Below are positions 1-8,640 of a stretch of DNA of 47,565 nucleotides, in pieces. The position numbers and the translations under genes are program-made. Positions within the stretch are counted from its first letter, which is position 1, and each line of letters opens with the position of its first letter. Source of the DNA: Rudaea sp. (lineage in GTDB: Bacteria > Pseudomonadota > Gammaproteobacteria > Xanthomonadales > Rhodanobacteraceae); assembly GCA_035493385.1 (NCBI GenBank), contig DATJIL010000198.1:1-47565 (forward strand), written 5' to 3'. The notes under the pieces were generated by a model. The model worked only from the letters and a program-made list of their open reading frames with translations. It was not told where the DNA came from and ran no database searches.

Positions 1-725
1 GCGACTTCGGCGCAGATATGCGCGAGATACATCGGCTCGTTGCGCCGGTGTGACGGCGCGGGCTTGACCGTTCGCGGCAACAGGTATGGCGCATCGGTCT
101 CCAGCAGCAGGCGATTCGCCGGAATGGACTTGACCAGTTCGCGCAGGTGCGTGCCGCGGCGCTCGTCGCAGATCCAGCCGGTGATGCCGATGAAAAAATC
201 GCGGTCGAGGTAATCGAACAACTCGTCCTTTTCGCCGGTGAAGCAATGCACCACCGCACGGCCAATGCGGTCGCGCCCGCTGCGATCAAGCACGCTGTCC
301 AGGCAGGCGATGAAGTCCGCATGCGCGTCGCGCTGGTGCAGGAACAGCGGCTTGCCGCATTCGGCGGCGAGCTCGAGCTGGCGCTCGAACGCGAACAGCT
401 GCGCTTCGCGCGGCGAAAAATTACGATGGTAGTCCAGCCCGGTTTCGCCGACAGCGACGACTTCGGGCAGCGCATGCAACGTGCGCAAGCCGGTCTCGGT
501 TTCCGCATTGAAGTCGCTGGCATGGTGCGGATGCACGCCCGCCGTCGCGAACAGCACCCCGGGATGCGCGCGCGCCAGGTCCAGCGCATCGCGCGAGCCT
601 TGCAGGGACGCGCCTGTCACAACGAGCTGGATCACGCCCGCCGCATGCGCGCGCGCAAGCACGTCCGCGAAATCGTGGCGGAAGGATTCGTGGGTCAGGT
701 TGGCGCCGATGTCGACGAGTTGCAT
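1..725 (-). CDS. tatD: TatD family DNase (3' end runs off the window)
   Basis: Manual minus-strand translation from ATG at 725: MQLVDIGANLTHESF...FLHQRDAH...VVHCFTG...GITGWICDERRG...LLETDAPYL, all TatD motifs. Not in the ORF track because it is truncated. Confidence 0.93.
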   Translation of the reverse strand, partial: MQLVDIGANLTHESFRHDFADVLARAHAAGVIQLVVTGASLQGSRDALDLARAHPGVLFATAGVHPHHASDFNAETETGLRTLHALPEVVAVGETGLDYHRNFSPREAQLFAFERQLELAAECGKPLFLHQRDAHADFIACLDSVLDRSGRDRIGRAVVHCFTGEKDELFDYLDRDFFIGITGWICDERRGTHLRELVKSIPANRLLLETDAPYLLPRTVKPAPSHRRNEPMYLAHICAEV

Positions 726-842
726 GTCCGCGCGTTATCGGGAAAGTCTGGCATTATGCCAACACGATGCCGGCTGCGTTCACGGCCGGTTAACCGGTGC
801 CGCTACAGGCTGCGCGAACGGGGATTCGAATGGGAGCTTCCA

Positions 843-2039
843 ATGAAGTACACGACGACTTTTTCCGGCGTCCTGGCCACGCTGGCAATGGCTGCCGCGA
901 CGATCGCGCAGGCCGCCGCATCCGCCACCGTCACCGCAGCTGCATCGCAAGTGGATCTGGCGCGTGCACAGCAGGTGCGCATGCAGATGCAGGCGCAAAC
1001 CAGCCAAGCCAAGACCGCTGCGCAGAAAACCGGTGTCGCCGGTGCCAAGCCCGGCAATGTGAAACCGGCCGAATTGTACGCGAATCCGGATCGAGCCTAT
1101 CCGCCCAGCTGTCTGAGTTCGCCGATGCCATTCGGCATGTGGCAGAACGGTCCATATTCTCACCAGCAAATGACATTGCTCGGCGATCCGTTGACCAGCG
1201 ATGCGGGTGAGAGGACCTATACCGAGAACGTCGATGTCTACGTGTTCCGCGTGGCCTGCACCAGTGGCAAGTCAGCAACGCTGGTCGAAATCGACCGCCC
1301 CTCGAGCATGGAAGGCAACAGCACTCGCTATCCAACCCTGCCGGGCATCTACGCGAGTCAGAACGGCGTCAACGATTTCGTCATCCGTGTCGCCGACGAT
1401 CCGAATACGTTCCTCACCACCAACTATGCGCTCAATCCGCTGATCAACAGCGACGTGTTCGTGCTCGAGAATTTTTACGGCGGCCCCATACAGTTCAATT
1501 ACAACAACCCAGTCACAGTCAGCGTGGACAACCTGGCCACCACTGGCCACCAGCTCTTCGATTTTCCATTGCCCGCCTACGATCCGACGTCATACCCCGC
1601 CGCATCACAACCGCTGCCGATCAGCGGCTACATGACCGGCAACTGGTACGACCCGAACCACAGCGGCGAGGGCATCCAGGTCGAAGTCGGTGAGTTGCAG
1701 GCCAGCGGCAGCACGTTTCCGCGCTTTATCACGATTGCCTGGTACACATTCGATTCCAGCGGCACGCCCTACTGGTTGTTCGGTAGCGGCGTGTTCAACG
1801 CCGGCGATACCTCGGCGGTGGTGACGCTGGGTTATTCCTACGGTGGGGGATTCGCCGGCAATTTCGGTGCCTCCGCCACGCAGAAGCAGTGGGGCACCTT
1901 CAACGTGCGCTTCCTGGATTGCGACACGATGCAATTCAGCTACCAGTCCGCTTCCGGCTTGCCACAGGGTGTTCCGACGGGCAGCAATACGAAGACCTGG
2001 ACGCGCCTGACGCAGATGAATGGCCTGACTTGCCAGTAA
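843..2039 (+). CDS. Secreted hypothetical protein, Asn/Thr/Gly/Tyr-rich, with C-terminal GNWYDP..SGEG domain
   Basis: Start reassigned to MKYTTTFSGVLATLAMAAA (signal-peptide-like); the 5' part of the 630-aa ORF is antisense to tatD. Confidence 0.8.
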   Translation: MKYTTTFSGVLATLAMAAATIAQAAASATVTAAASQVDLARAQQVRMQMQAQTSQAKTAAQKTGVAGAKPGNVKPAELYANPDRAYPPSCLSSPMPFGMWQNGPYSHQQMTLLGDPLTSDAGERTYTENVDVYVFRVACTSGKSATLVEIDRPSSMEGNSTRYPTLPGIYASQNGVNDFVIRVADDPNTFLTTNYALNPLINSDVFVLENFYGGPIQFNYNNPVTVSVDNLATTGHQLFDFPLPAYDPTSYPAASQPLPISGYMTGNWYDPNHSGEGIQVEVGELQASGSTFPRFITIAWYTFDSSGTPYWLFGSGVFNAGDTSAVVTLGYSYGGGFAGNFGASATQKQWGTFNVRFLDCDTMQFSYQSASGLPQGVPTGSNTKTWTRLTQMNGLTCQ

Positions 2040-2061
2040 ACTGTAATCGCACGCAATTCTT

Positions 2062-2093
2062 CGATCCCGCCCGCGTGGCGGGATCGTCGTTTA
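2062..2093 (+). terminator. Probable intrinsic terminator
   Basis: 10-bp perfect stem CGATCCCGCC/GGCGGGATCG, 5-nt loop, followed by tcgttt, 22 nt after the stop at 2039. Confidence 0.6.
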
Positions 2094-2097
2094 TACG

Positions 2098-4590
2098 ATG
2101 ACAAAAAGTACACTATTTCCCATCCATGCGGTGTTGCCGGACGTACTGGCGAGCCTCGCGCGGCATCCGCGCCTGGTGCTGGAAGCACCGCCCGGCGCCG
2201 GCAAGACCACCCAGGTGCCGCTGGCCCTGCTCGACGCGGGATGGCTGGCCGGCAAGAAAATCCTGGTCCTGGAACCGCGCCGCATCGCCACGCGCGCGGC
2301 GGCGGAATTCATGGCCGAGCAATTGGGCGAAGCGGTCGGCGAAACCGTCGGCTATCGCATCCGCTTCGAGGCGAAGGTTTCCGCGCGCACGCGCGTGGAA
2401 GTCGTGACCGAAGGGATCCTCACGCGCCTGATCCAGTCCGATCCGGAATTGTCCGGCGTCGGCGCCGTCTTGTTCGACGAATTCCACGAACGCCACCTGC
2501 ACGGCGACCTCGGCGCCGCGCTCGCGCTCGACGTGCAGGCGCAACTGCGACCGGACCTGCGCCTCGCCATCATGTCGGCGACGCTGGACGGCGAACGCAT
2601 CGCGCGCTGGTTCGATGCGCCGCGCATCAGCTCTGCCGGGCGCAGTTTTCCGGTGCGTATCGAGTATCCCGCGGCGAAAGCGAACGAGGACTGGCCATTT
2701 CATCTGCGTCGCGTCCTCGAAACCGCATTGCGTGAAACGGATGGCGATGTACTCGTATTCCTGCCGGGGCGGCGCGAGATCGAACAGGCTCGGCGGGTGC
2801 TGGGCGGCAGCGATATTGCCGAGATCGTGTCATTGCACGGTGAATTGTCCCTGGCCGAACAGCATGCCGCGCTGGCGCCGACACGCGCCGGAACGCGCCG
2901 TGTCGTACTGGCGACGAACGTCGCCGAGTCGAGCGTGACCCTGCCCGCCATTCGGTCCGTTATCGATACCGGTCTGGCGCGCGAGCCGCGCTTCGATCCG
3001 AATTCGGGCTTCTCGCGCCTGCAAACCGTGGCGATTTCGCAAGCCTCTGCGGATCAGCGCGCCGGCCGCGCGGGCCGCGTCGCCGCAGGCGTCGCGTACC
3101 GCCTGTGGCCGCAGAGCCAACGCCTGGAGCCATCGCGGCGCGCGGAGATCGCGCAGGTCGAATTGTCCGCGCTCGCGCTGGAACTCGCTGCCTGGGGCTC
3201 GCCGGACCTGCGCTGGCTGGATGCGCCACCGTCCGGCGCATTGGCAAGCGCGCGCGACCTGCTGGTCCTGCTCGGTGCGCTCGACACGGATGACCACGTC
3301 ACGAAACTCGGCCGCGACATGCTCGCTGCCGGCGCGTCGCCGCGGCTGGCCGCGATGGTGCTGCGCGCGCCGATCGCGCAACGCGCGCTGGCCTGTGATG
3401 CGGTCGCGTTGCTCGAAGCGCGCAACCCGCTGCGTGGCGAGTATGGGCGTGGCGACGATTTCCGCGCGCGGCTGTCGGCGCTGCAGGCCTGGCGCGACGA
3501 CAAACGCGGCGCAAGAAATCCCGGAGCCGATTCCGCCGCGTTTGCCGCCATCGACCAGGCCGCATCCGGCTGGCGGCGGCGTTTCGACATTCGCGCCGTC
3601 GCGTCCATGCCAGCGGATCGTCTCGCCCCCGGCAACCTGCTCATCCACGCCTTTCCCGATCGCATCGCACGGCAGGACGGCAACGATGCGCTGCGTTACC
3701 GGCTGAGCAACGGCCGTGGCGTGCATTTGTTGCAAAATACACAATTACACGGCGAGCCGTGGCTGGTCGTCGCGGATTTGCGTTTCGATGAGCGCGATAG
3801 CGCGATCCTCACCGCGGCGCCATTCGATGCGGACCTGCTCGAACGCGACTTCGCCGCGCGCTTCGTGCGCCAGCGCGTTGCGCATTGGAATCGCGACAAG
3901 CAGGCCATCGAGACTTTCGAGGAACACCGCTTCGCGCAACTCGTGCTGGAACGACGCAGCGTGCCATCCAGGCCCGAGGACGCCCTGCCCGCCCTGCTCG
4001 CCGCCATTCGCGAGGCCGGCATCGATTCGCTGCCGTGGAGCAAGCATGCGCAGGCCTTGCGCGCGCGCGTCGCGTGCCTGCGCGAGTGGTGCCCGCAGTT
4101 GCATCTTCCCGATCTCGCGGATGCGGCACTGCTCGATTCATTGGAAGACTGGCTCGCACCCTACCTCAGCGGCAAGACGCGATTGGACTCGCTCACCTCC
4201 GCGATGCTCGGCGAAGCGCTGGCCTCGCGGCTCGACTACGCGCAGCGCAAGTCTGTGGACGAGCTCGCGCCGGAGTCCTTGATCGTGCCGACCGGCAATC
4301 ACCGCGAGCTGCATTACGAATTCGGCAAGCCGCCGGTGCTGGCGGTGAAATTGCAGGAACTGTTTGGCCTTGCCGACACGCCACGCATCGCGGACGGCAA
4401 AATTGCGGTGACCTTGCATCTGCTTTCGCCGGCGCAGCGGCCGATCCAGGTCACTCAGGATTTGCGCGGCTTCTGGGAACGCACCTATCCGGAAGTGAAG
4501 AAGGAATTGAAGGGGCGCTACCCACGCCACCCATGGCCCGACGATCCGTGGAATGCCAAGCCGACCGCGCGCGCCAAGCCTCGCCGCTGA
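2098..4590 (+). CDS. hrpB: ATP-dependent RNA helicase HrpB
   Basis: GAGKTT, DEFHER, MSAT, ATNVAESSVT, QRAGRAGR, and C-terminal VKLQELFG / KGRYPRHPWP. Confidence 0.96.
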   Translation: MTKSTLFPIHAVLPDVLASLARHPRLVLEAPPGAGKTTQVPLALLDAGWLAGKKILVLEPRRIATRAAAEFMAEQLGEAVGETVGYRIRFEAKVSARTRVEVVTEGILTRLIQSDPELSGVGAVLFDEFHERHLHGDLGAALALDVQAQLRPDLRLAIMSATLDGERIARWFDAPRISSAGRSFPVRIEYPAAKANEDWPFHLRRVLETALRETDGDVLVFLPGRREIEQARRVLGGSDIAEIVSLHGELSLAEQHAALAPTRAGTRRVVLATNVAESSVTLPAIRSVIDTGLAREPRFDPNSGFSRLQTVAISQASADQRAGRAGRVAAGVAYRLWPQSQRLEPSRRAEIAQVELSALALELAAWGSPDLRWLDAPPSGALASARDLLVLLGALDTDDHVTKLGRDMLAAGASPRLAAMVLRAPIAQRALACDAVALLEARNPLRGEYGRGDDFRARLSALQAWRDDKRGARNPGADSAAFAAIDQAASGWRRRFDIRAVASMPADRLAPGNLLIHAFPDRIARQDGNDALRYRLSNGRGVHLLQNTQLHGEPWLVVADLRFDERDSAILTAAPFDADLLERDFAARFVRQRVAHWNRDKQAIETFEEHRFAQLVLERRSVPSRPEDALPALLAAIREAGIDSLPWSKHAQALRARVACLREWCPQLHLPDLADAALLDSLEDWLAPYLSGKTRLDSLTSAMLGEALASRLDYAQRKSVDELAPESLIVPTGNHRELHYEFGKPPVLAVKLQELFGLADTPRIADGKIAVTLHLLSPAQRPIQVTQDLRGFWERTYPEVKKELKGRYPRHPWPDDPWNAKPTARAKPRR

Positions 4591-4672
4591 CAGCATTTCG
4601 CCACATCCGTGTGGAACCATCTTGCACGCGGCCAGTCCAAGCACGAACGCATCCATCGCAAGAGATTCCGTC

Positions 4673-5734
4673 ATGACCAAACCTTCGCAAGCCCTCGTCT
4701 GGATGCTCGGCTTTCTCGGCGCCGTCGCGGTACTCGCCGTGTTGCTGGCGACGAAGCTTATCGCGAACTTCCAGGCCAATCCGTTCTTCAACGGGGTGAT
4801 CCTCGCGGTGCTCGTGTTCGGCATCTTCGTCAACTTCCGCCAGGTGCTGCTGCTGGCGCGCGAGATCGAATGGATCGAGGCGTTCAAGCGTTCGCCGCCG
4901 GATCGGCCGCTGCCGGTCAAGCCGCGCCTGCTCGCGCCGATGGCGCGCATGTTCGCCGGTCGCGAGCGCGCGAAGTTCTCGCTGTCCACACAATCGCTGC
5001 GCTCGGTGCTGGACAGCGTGTACCTGCGCCTGGAGGAATCGCGCGACTTGTCGCGCTACCTCGTTGGCCTGGCGATCTTCCTCGGCCTGCTCGGCACGTT
5101 CTGGGGATTGCTCGTCACGATCCGTTCCGTGGCCGACATCATCGGTTCCCTCGGCGTCGGCAGCGATCCCGCGGCCATGTTCAATACGCTCAAGGAGAAC
5201 CTCAAGGAACCGCTGTCCGGCATGTCGACGAGTTTTTCCACGTCGCTGTTCGGACTCGCCTCGTCGCTCGTGCTCGGATTCCTCGACCTGCAGTCGGGTC
5301 ACGCGCAAAATCGTTTCTACAACGAACTCGAAGACTGGCTTTCCAGCATGACGCGGCTGTCGTCCGGCGCCTTGCACGGCGACGGCGAGGCGAGCGTGCC
5401 GGCCTACGTGCAGGCGCTGCTCGAACAAACCGCCGACGGCCTGGAGCGCATGCAGCGCGCACTGACAGAATCCGAGCGCGAGCGGCGCAGTTCCGGCGAA
5501 CAGTTCGGCGAATTGAACACCCAGCTTGGCCGCCTCGCCGATCTGCTCAGCCGCGAGACGCGTGAATTCCGCAGTCTCGCCGAAACCCAGGAAGAACTTA
5601 AGAATGCCCTGAAAACGATTGCCGCCGCACCGAACGGCAACGAACGCCTGTCCGACGACCTGCGCGGCGAGCTGCGCCTGCTCTCGCGCACGATCGCGGC
5701 CGCGGTTGACGGCAAGCGTGGGGCCATGCAATGA
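4673..5734 (+). CDS. MotA/TolQ/ExbB proton-channel family protein with C-terminal coiled-coil tail
   Basis: Four hydrophobic segments; LGLLGTFWGL and GMSTSFSTSLFG channel-type motifs; ATGA overlap with the next gene. Confidence 0.85.
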   Translation: MTKPSQALVWMLGFLGAVAVLAVLLATKLIANFQANPFFNGVILAVLVFGIFVNFRQVLLLAREIEWIEAFKRSPPDRPLPVKPRLLAPMARMFAGRERAKFSLSTQSLRSVLDSVYLRLEESRDLSRYLVGLAIFLGLLGTFWGLLVTIRSVADIIGSLGVGSDPAAMFNTLKENLKEPLSGMSTSFSTSLFGLASSLVLGFLDLQSGHAQNRFYNELEDWLSSMTRLSSGALHGDGEASVPAYVQALLEQTADGLERMQRALTESERERRSSGEQFGELNTQLGRLADLLSRETREFRSLAETQEELKNALKTIAAAPNGNERLSDDLRGELRLLSRTIAAAVDGKRGAMQ

Positions 5735-6816
5735 ACAGTCTTGCGCGCCGGCGCCGCGCGCTCGACATCTGGCCGGGATTTGTCGACGCACTGTCGTCGC
5801 TGATCCTGGTGATGGTGTTCGTGCTGCTTATCTTCGCGATCGGCCAGTTCGTGTTGTCGCAGACCATCGCCGGCAAGAACCGAGCCCTGGCCGATCTCAA
5901 CGCGCAGATCGCGCAACTCGCGAAAACCCTGTCGCTGGCGCAGGACAACAACACCGCTCTGAACATCAAGGTGAAAGAGCTATCCGCCTCGCTCGGCCAA
6001 ACGACCGGCGAACGCGATACGCTCAAGTCCCAGCTCGACGTCGCGACCTCGCAGGCGGCCAAGCTCACTGCCGACATCGCCGCGCTCAGCGAACTCAAGG
6101 CGCAACTCGAGCAACAGGTCGCGAGCCTGGGCGCCGAACTCGACACCTCGAAGAAGAATCTCGTCGCCGCGACCGATCTCAACACGCACAACGCCGCCCA
6201 GATCGAACTGCTCAACCGCCAGATTGCCGCGGTGCGCGATCAGTTGAGCAAGCTTTCCGCCGCGCTCGATCTCGCCAACGCGAACGTGAAGGACAAGGAC
6301 CGCAAGATCGCCGACCTCGGTGTTCAACTCAATCTCGCGCTCGCGAACAAGGTCAACCAGCTCGAGAAATACCGCTCCGAATTCTTCGGCAAGCTGCGCG
6401 CGGCGCTCGGCAACCGCGCCGACATCCGCGTCGTCGGCGACCGCTTCGTGGTGCCGACCGACGTACTGTTCGATTCCGGATCGGCCGACCTGAATCCGAC
6501 CGCACAGATGCAGTTGGCCAAACTCGCGCAGACTCTGAACGCAGTGGCGGCGGAGATTCCGTCCAATCTCGACTGGATCGTGCGCATCGACGGACACACC
6601 GACAAACGCCCGATCCACACCACGCAATTCGCGTCAAACTGGGAACTGTCGACCGCGCGCGCGGTGGCGATCGTCAAATACCTCGTCGTGCAGGGCATTC
6701 CCGCGAACCGGCTGTCGGCGAATGGCTTTGGCCAGTTCCAGCCGCTGGATCCCGCCGATACGCCCGAGGCCTACGCGAAGAACCGGCGCATCGAGATCCA
6801 GTTGACCAACCGCTGA
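5731..6816 (+). CDS. MotB-like protein: TM plug, long coiled coil, OmpA-like peptidoglycan-binding domain
   Basis: N-terminal WPGFVDAL with the TM Asp; heptad-rich middle region; IDGHTD...NWELSTARA...NRRIEI OmpA-C motif. Confidence 0.9.
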   Translation: MNSLARRRRALDIWPGFVDALSSLILVMVFVLLIFAIGQFVLSQTIAGKNRALADLNAQIAQLAKTLSLAQDNNTALNIKVKELSASLGQTTGERDTLKSQLDVATSQAAKLTADIAALSELKAQLEQQVASLGAELDTSKKNLVAATDLNTHNAAQIELLNRQIAAVRDQLSKLSAALDLANANVKDKDRKIADLGVQLNLALANKVNQLEKYRSEFFGKLRAALGNRADIRVVGDRFVVPTDVLFDSGSADLNPTAQMQLAKLAQTLNAVAAEIPSNLDWIVRIDGHTDKRPIHTTQFASNWELSTARAVAIVKYLVVQGIPANRLSANGFGQFQPLDPADTPEAYAKNRRIEIQLTNR

Positions 6817-6844
6817 GGCCGCGCCGCGAAACCGGCCGCGTCGC

Positions 6845-7087
6845 TCAAGCCCGCTTGCGCTTTCTCGCCAGGCGTTTTTCCTCCGCCAATGCGGCGGCGG
6901 CAAGTGTCGTGAGCGGCACCTTGAGCACCTGACTCAATTTGGCCGCCAGCGGCAGGCGGATGTTCACCGTCTTGCCCTGTTCGAGCTCGTACAGATAGCT
7001 CGGCGTCGTGCCGACGATCACAGCGACTTGCCGCACGCTGAGCTTGCGCTGTTCACGCTTGGAAATAAGCAATTCACCGAATTTCAT
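6845..7087 (-). CDS. XRE-family helix-turn-helix protein
   Basis: FGELLISKREQRKLSVRQVA...SYLYELEQGK pattern; GAAGGTGAAG upstream as a possible RBS. Confidence 0.8.
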   Translation of the reverse strand: MKFGELLISKREQRKLSVRQVAVIVGTTPSYLYELEQGKTVNIRLPLAAKLSQVLKVPLTTLAAAALAEEKRLARKRKRA

Positions 7088-7161
7088 TGGACTTCACCTT
7101 CGCCGCGATTTCGATGATTATCCGCTAGAGCGAGTCGCTTGGCTATCGGAACCGGAAAGAG

Positions 7162-8028
7162 TCAAGCCCGACGCGCCGGTTCGCGCTGGCTGAATATCAC
7201 GCTGCCCAGGATCAGTGCGCCGGAAACGAGCATGGTCGATGTCGGCGTTTCGCCGAGCAGCAGCCACGCCCAGCCGACGCCGAATACCGGGATCAGGTAG
7301 TTGCAGGTCGCCGCGCGTGTGGCGGAAATACGCTGGATCAGGCGAAAGAACAGGAAATACGCGAAGCCGGTGCATACCACACCGAGCGCGATCGCGGCCA
7401 GCCACGACGACGCCGGTACCGAATCCGCCGGCCAGGTCGCGAACGCGAATGGTGCGAGCATCAGCGCCGAACAACTCAGCGTACCGGCGACGCCAACGAC
7501 CGGTTGCAGATCGCCGAGCTTGCGCTTGGTCAGGTTGACGGCAATGCCGTAGCAAAACGAGGCAAGCGTGCCGGCGATCGCGGCGAGCATGATGTTGTCG
7601 CCCGCGGTGCGTCCGCTGGCAAGAACGACGACGCCGACGAATCCGCTGATCAGTGCCATCGCCCGGCGCGTGCCGATGCGCTCGCCGTAGAAGACGAATG
7701 CGATCAGAGCGGTGAACAGCACGGTCATGCTGTTCGCGATCGCGCCGATGCCGGCCGGGGCGCGTTCGGCGCCCCAGGCGAACAGGGAAAAGGGAATCGC
7801 CGAGTTGAGCACGCCGACGACGGCAAGCCGGCGCCAATGCGCGGCATCGAGCTGCTTGCGCGCGCGCCACAAAAACGGCGAGAGCAGCAGTGCACCGAGC
7901 ATCACGCGCACCTCGACCAGCGGCAGCGGACCGAAATGCGGCGCGGCGATGCGCATGAACAGGAACGAGCCGCCCCAGATCGCCCCGAGCAGGACGATTT
8001 CCAGCGGCGTGCGCCAATCGCGGGTCAT
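7162..8028 (-). CDS. DMT/EamA family transporter
   Basis: LGAIWGGSFLFMRIA start motif and about 10 TM segments; start reassigned to MTRDW (overlaps the rluE stop). Confidence 0.92.
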   Translation of the reverse strand: MTRDWRTPLEIVLLGAIWGGSFLFMRIAAPHFGPLPLVEVRVMLGALLLSPFLWRARKQLDAAHWRRLAVVGVLNSAIPFSLFAWGAERAPAGIGAIANSMTVLFTALIAFVFYGERIGTRRAMALISGFVGVVVLASGRTAGDNIMLAAIAGTLASFCYGIAVNLTKRKLGDLQPVVGVAGTLSCSALMLAPFAFATWPADSVPASSWLAAIALGVVCTGFAYFLFFRLIQRISATRAATCNYLIPVFGVGWAWLLLGETPTSTMLVSGALILGSVIFSQREPARRA

Positions 8029-8570
8029 GGTTGCAGAATCCTCGTTTGTCCGGGAGCGAGCCCATCCAGCGCCACGTCGCCGATGCGCACGCGGACCAGA
8101 CGCAAGGTCGGCAATCCGACCGCGGCGGTCATGCGCCGCACCTGGCGGTTGCGGCCCTCGCGGATGGTGAGTTCGATCCAGGCGTCGGGCACGGTCTTGC
8201 GGAAACGCACCGGTGGATCGCGCGGCCACAGCCAGGCCGGCGCACGCGGCAGCCGCTTTGCATCCGCAGGCAAGGTCCGGCCATCGTTCAACAGTATGCC
8301 TTTGCGCAATTGTCCGATCTGCGCATCGCCCGGATCGCCCTCAACCTGCACGAGATAGGTTTTCGGCGTCTGCTTGCGTGGGTCGGTCAGGCGCTGCGCC
8401 AGCGCGCCGTCGTCGGTGAGCAGGAGCAATCCTTCACTGTCGTAATCGAGCCGGCCGGCGGGATAGACATCCGGAATCTTCACGTACTCCGCCAGCGTGC
8501 GCCGTTTCGGTTCGTTGCGGTCGGTGAACTGGCACAGCACGTTGAACGGCTTGTTGAGCGCGATCAACAC
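8025..8570 (-). CDS. rluE: rRNA pseudouridine synthase (RluE-like)
   Basis: LNKPFNVLCQFTD, GRLDYDSEGLLLLT (catalytic Asp), EGRNRQVRRMTAAVG; GTG start. Confidence 0.88.
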   Translation of the reverse strand: MLIALNKPFNVLCQFTDRNEPKRRTLAEYVKIPDVYPAGRLDYDSEGLLLLTDDGALAQRLTDPRKQTPKTYLVQVEGDPGDAQIGQLRKGILLNDGRTLPADAKRLPRAPAWLWPRDPPVRFRKTVPDAWIELTIREGRNRQVRRMTAAVGLPTLRLVRVRIGDVALDGLAPGQTRILQP

Positions 8571-8586
8571 CGGGCAATCCCGCAGA

Positions 8587-8617
8587 TGCGAACGGCCGCG
8601 CGTGGCGGCCGTTCGCA
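8587..8617. terminator. Strong intergenic hairpin (terminator or mRNA stabiliser)
   Basis: 13-bp perfect stem TGCGAACGGCCGC/GCGGCCGTTCGCA with 5-nt loop; no clear U-tract. Confidence 0.5.
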
Positions 8618-8640
8618 ATGCAGCATCGTCATGCGCCAGT

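Noticed and set aside
147..842. N-terminal 232 aa of the 630-aa ORF
   Set aside because: Antisense shadow of tatD; the real protein starts at ATG 843 with a signal peptide.
2098..6816. Calling hrpB plus the motor pair a complete Zorya system
   Set aside because: The helicase is a typical housekeeping HrpB, not a ZorD-type SNF2 helicase/nuclease, and there is no ZorC or ZorE.
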